From: Scyliorhinus canicula
Taxonomy: Eukaryota
DNA: 64,000 bases
NCBI RefSeq assembly: GCF_902713615.1
Contig: NC_052152.1
Span: 209,367,046-209,431,045, forward strand
Direction: 5' to 3'
Part shown: one piece after another, positions 62,760-64,000 of the stretch
Layout of the letters: every line of letters starts with the position of its first letter
Position numbering within the stretch: position 1 is the stretch's first letter
Position numbers and translations under genes: made by a program
The notes under the pieces: generated by a model
The model's database searches: none
What the model was told of the DNA's origin: nothing
The model's input: the letters and a program-made list of their open reading frames with translations, nothing else

Positions 62760-64000
62760 TTTAAATTAATGTGGCGGGGGGTGGGAACCAATGCAGGAAG
62801 TCGGAAGGTAGTAAAACAGGGACAGAAACAAAAGACAGTAAGGGGGAAAGTGTAAGGCAGAGAAGCCATAGTCAAAAATCAAAAAGGTCGACAGTACAAG
62901 GTACAGTGACTGAGGGGAGCTCAGTGAATAGGCCCAGTAATACTAAAAGGAATAAAACAGGAAGTAAAAACGTAAATGGAAAGCGACGCGGTAGGTTGTT
63001 ACATGAAGATATGGGTTCAATGACAAGGAAAATTAGGAGAAAAGTTAAGAGGAAACATAATTTACGAGAGGTTACTGATCGTGGTGTTAAGATTCAAAAC
63101 AGAGGTATAAAAGCCAACATAAGTGTACTTTACCTGAATGCTCGTAGTATTCGGAATAAGGTAAATGAGTTGATGGCGCAAATCATCGTGAATGACTATA
63201 ATTTAGTGGCCATAACTGAAGCATGGTTAAAGGATGGTCAAGACTGGGAGTTAAATATCCGAGGGTATCAAACTATTCGGAAGGACAGAGTGGATGGTAA
63301 GGGAGGTGGTGTAGCTCTGTTATTTAAGGATGACATCGGTGCTATGAAGGATAAGGTTGAATCCATTTGTGTGGATATCAGGAATAGTAAGGCGAAAAAG
63401 TCACTGATAGGAGTAGTCTATATGCCACCAAATAGTAACATTATTGTGGGGCAGGAAATAAACAAAGAAATAACTGATGCATGTAGAAATGGTACAGCAG
63501 TTATCATGGGGGATTTTAATCTATATATTTATTGGTTTAACCAGGTCGGTCAAGGCAGCCTTGAGGAGGAGTTTATAGAATGTATCCGCGATAGTTTCCT
63601 AGAACAGTATGTAATGGAACCTACGAGGGAACAAGCGGTCCTAGATCTGGTCCTGTGTAATGAGACAGGATTGATTAATGATCTCATAGTTGGGGATCCT
63701 CTCGGAAGGAGCAATCACAATATGGTGGAATTTAAAATACAGATGGAGGGTGAGAAGGTAAAATCAAACACTAGTGTTTTGTGCTTAAACAAAGGAGATT
63801 ACAATGGGATGAGAGAAGAGCTAGCTAAGGTAAACTGGGAGCAAAGACTTCATGGTGAAACAGTTGAGGAACAGTGGAGAACCTTCCAAGCGATTTTTCA
63901 CAGTGCTCAGCAAAGGTTTATACCAAGAAAAAGGAAGGATAGTAGAAAGAGGGAAAATCGACCGTGGATATCTAAGGAAATAAGGGAGAGGGTGTGAAGC
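62760..64000 (+). mobile_element. CR1 LINE ORF2 5' part (APE endonuclease), reaches the window edge
   Basis: 408-aa ORF with YLNARSIRNK, AITEAWL, RKDR...GGGVAL, GDFN, LDLVL, SNHN. Confidence 0.92.

Overview
Eukaryotic (vertebrate) genomic DNA. The HE1-type V-SINEs and CR1 content point to a cartilaginous fish (shark-like); this is an inference. The window is an internal part of a + strand CHD6-type chromatin remodeller gene. I traced 15 coding exons by hand (3287-59845), with consistent splice phases, running from the tandem chromodomains through both SNF2 ATPase lobes to the post-helicase region. One intron has a non-canonical GC donor. The introns are dominated by retroposons: CR1, an older CR1/L2-group LINE, L1/Tx1-like, Rex1/Babar 3' ends, Penelope-derived palindromes and about 30 tRNA-derived SINEs. 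There are also several minisatellites and a 970-N gap. Most notable: (i) one V-SINE body carries three alternative 3' modules that appear to match three LINE clades present in the window; (ii) several minisatellites arose by in-place amplification of short retroposon segments bounded by microhomology; (iii) a ~1.4 kb AG-free pyrimidine tract runs from a branch-point-like motif to the acceptor of an ATPase exon; (iv) an isolated perfect 23-bp inverted repeat encloses C/D-box-like motifs. Gene and repeat family names come from recognition, not database searches. Repeat boundaries are approximate unless a TSD is given.
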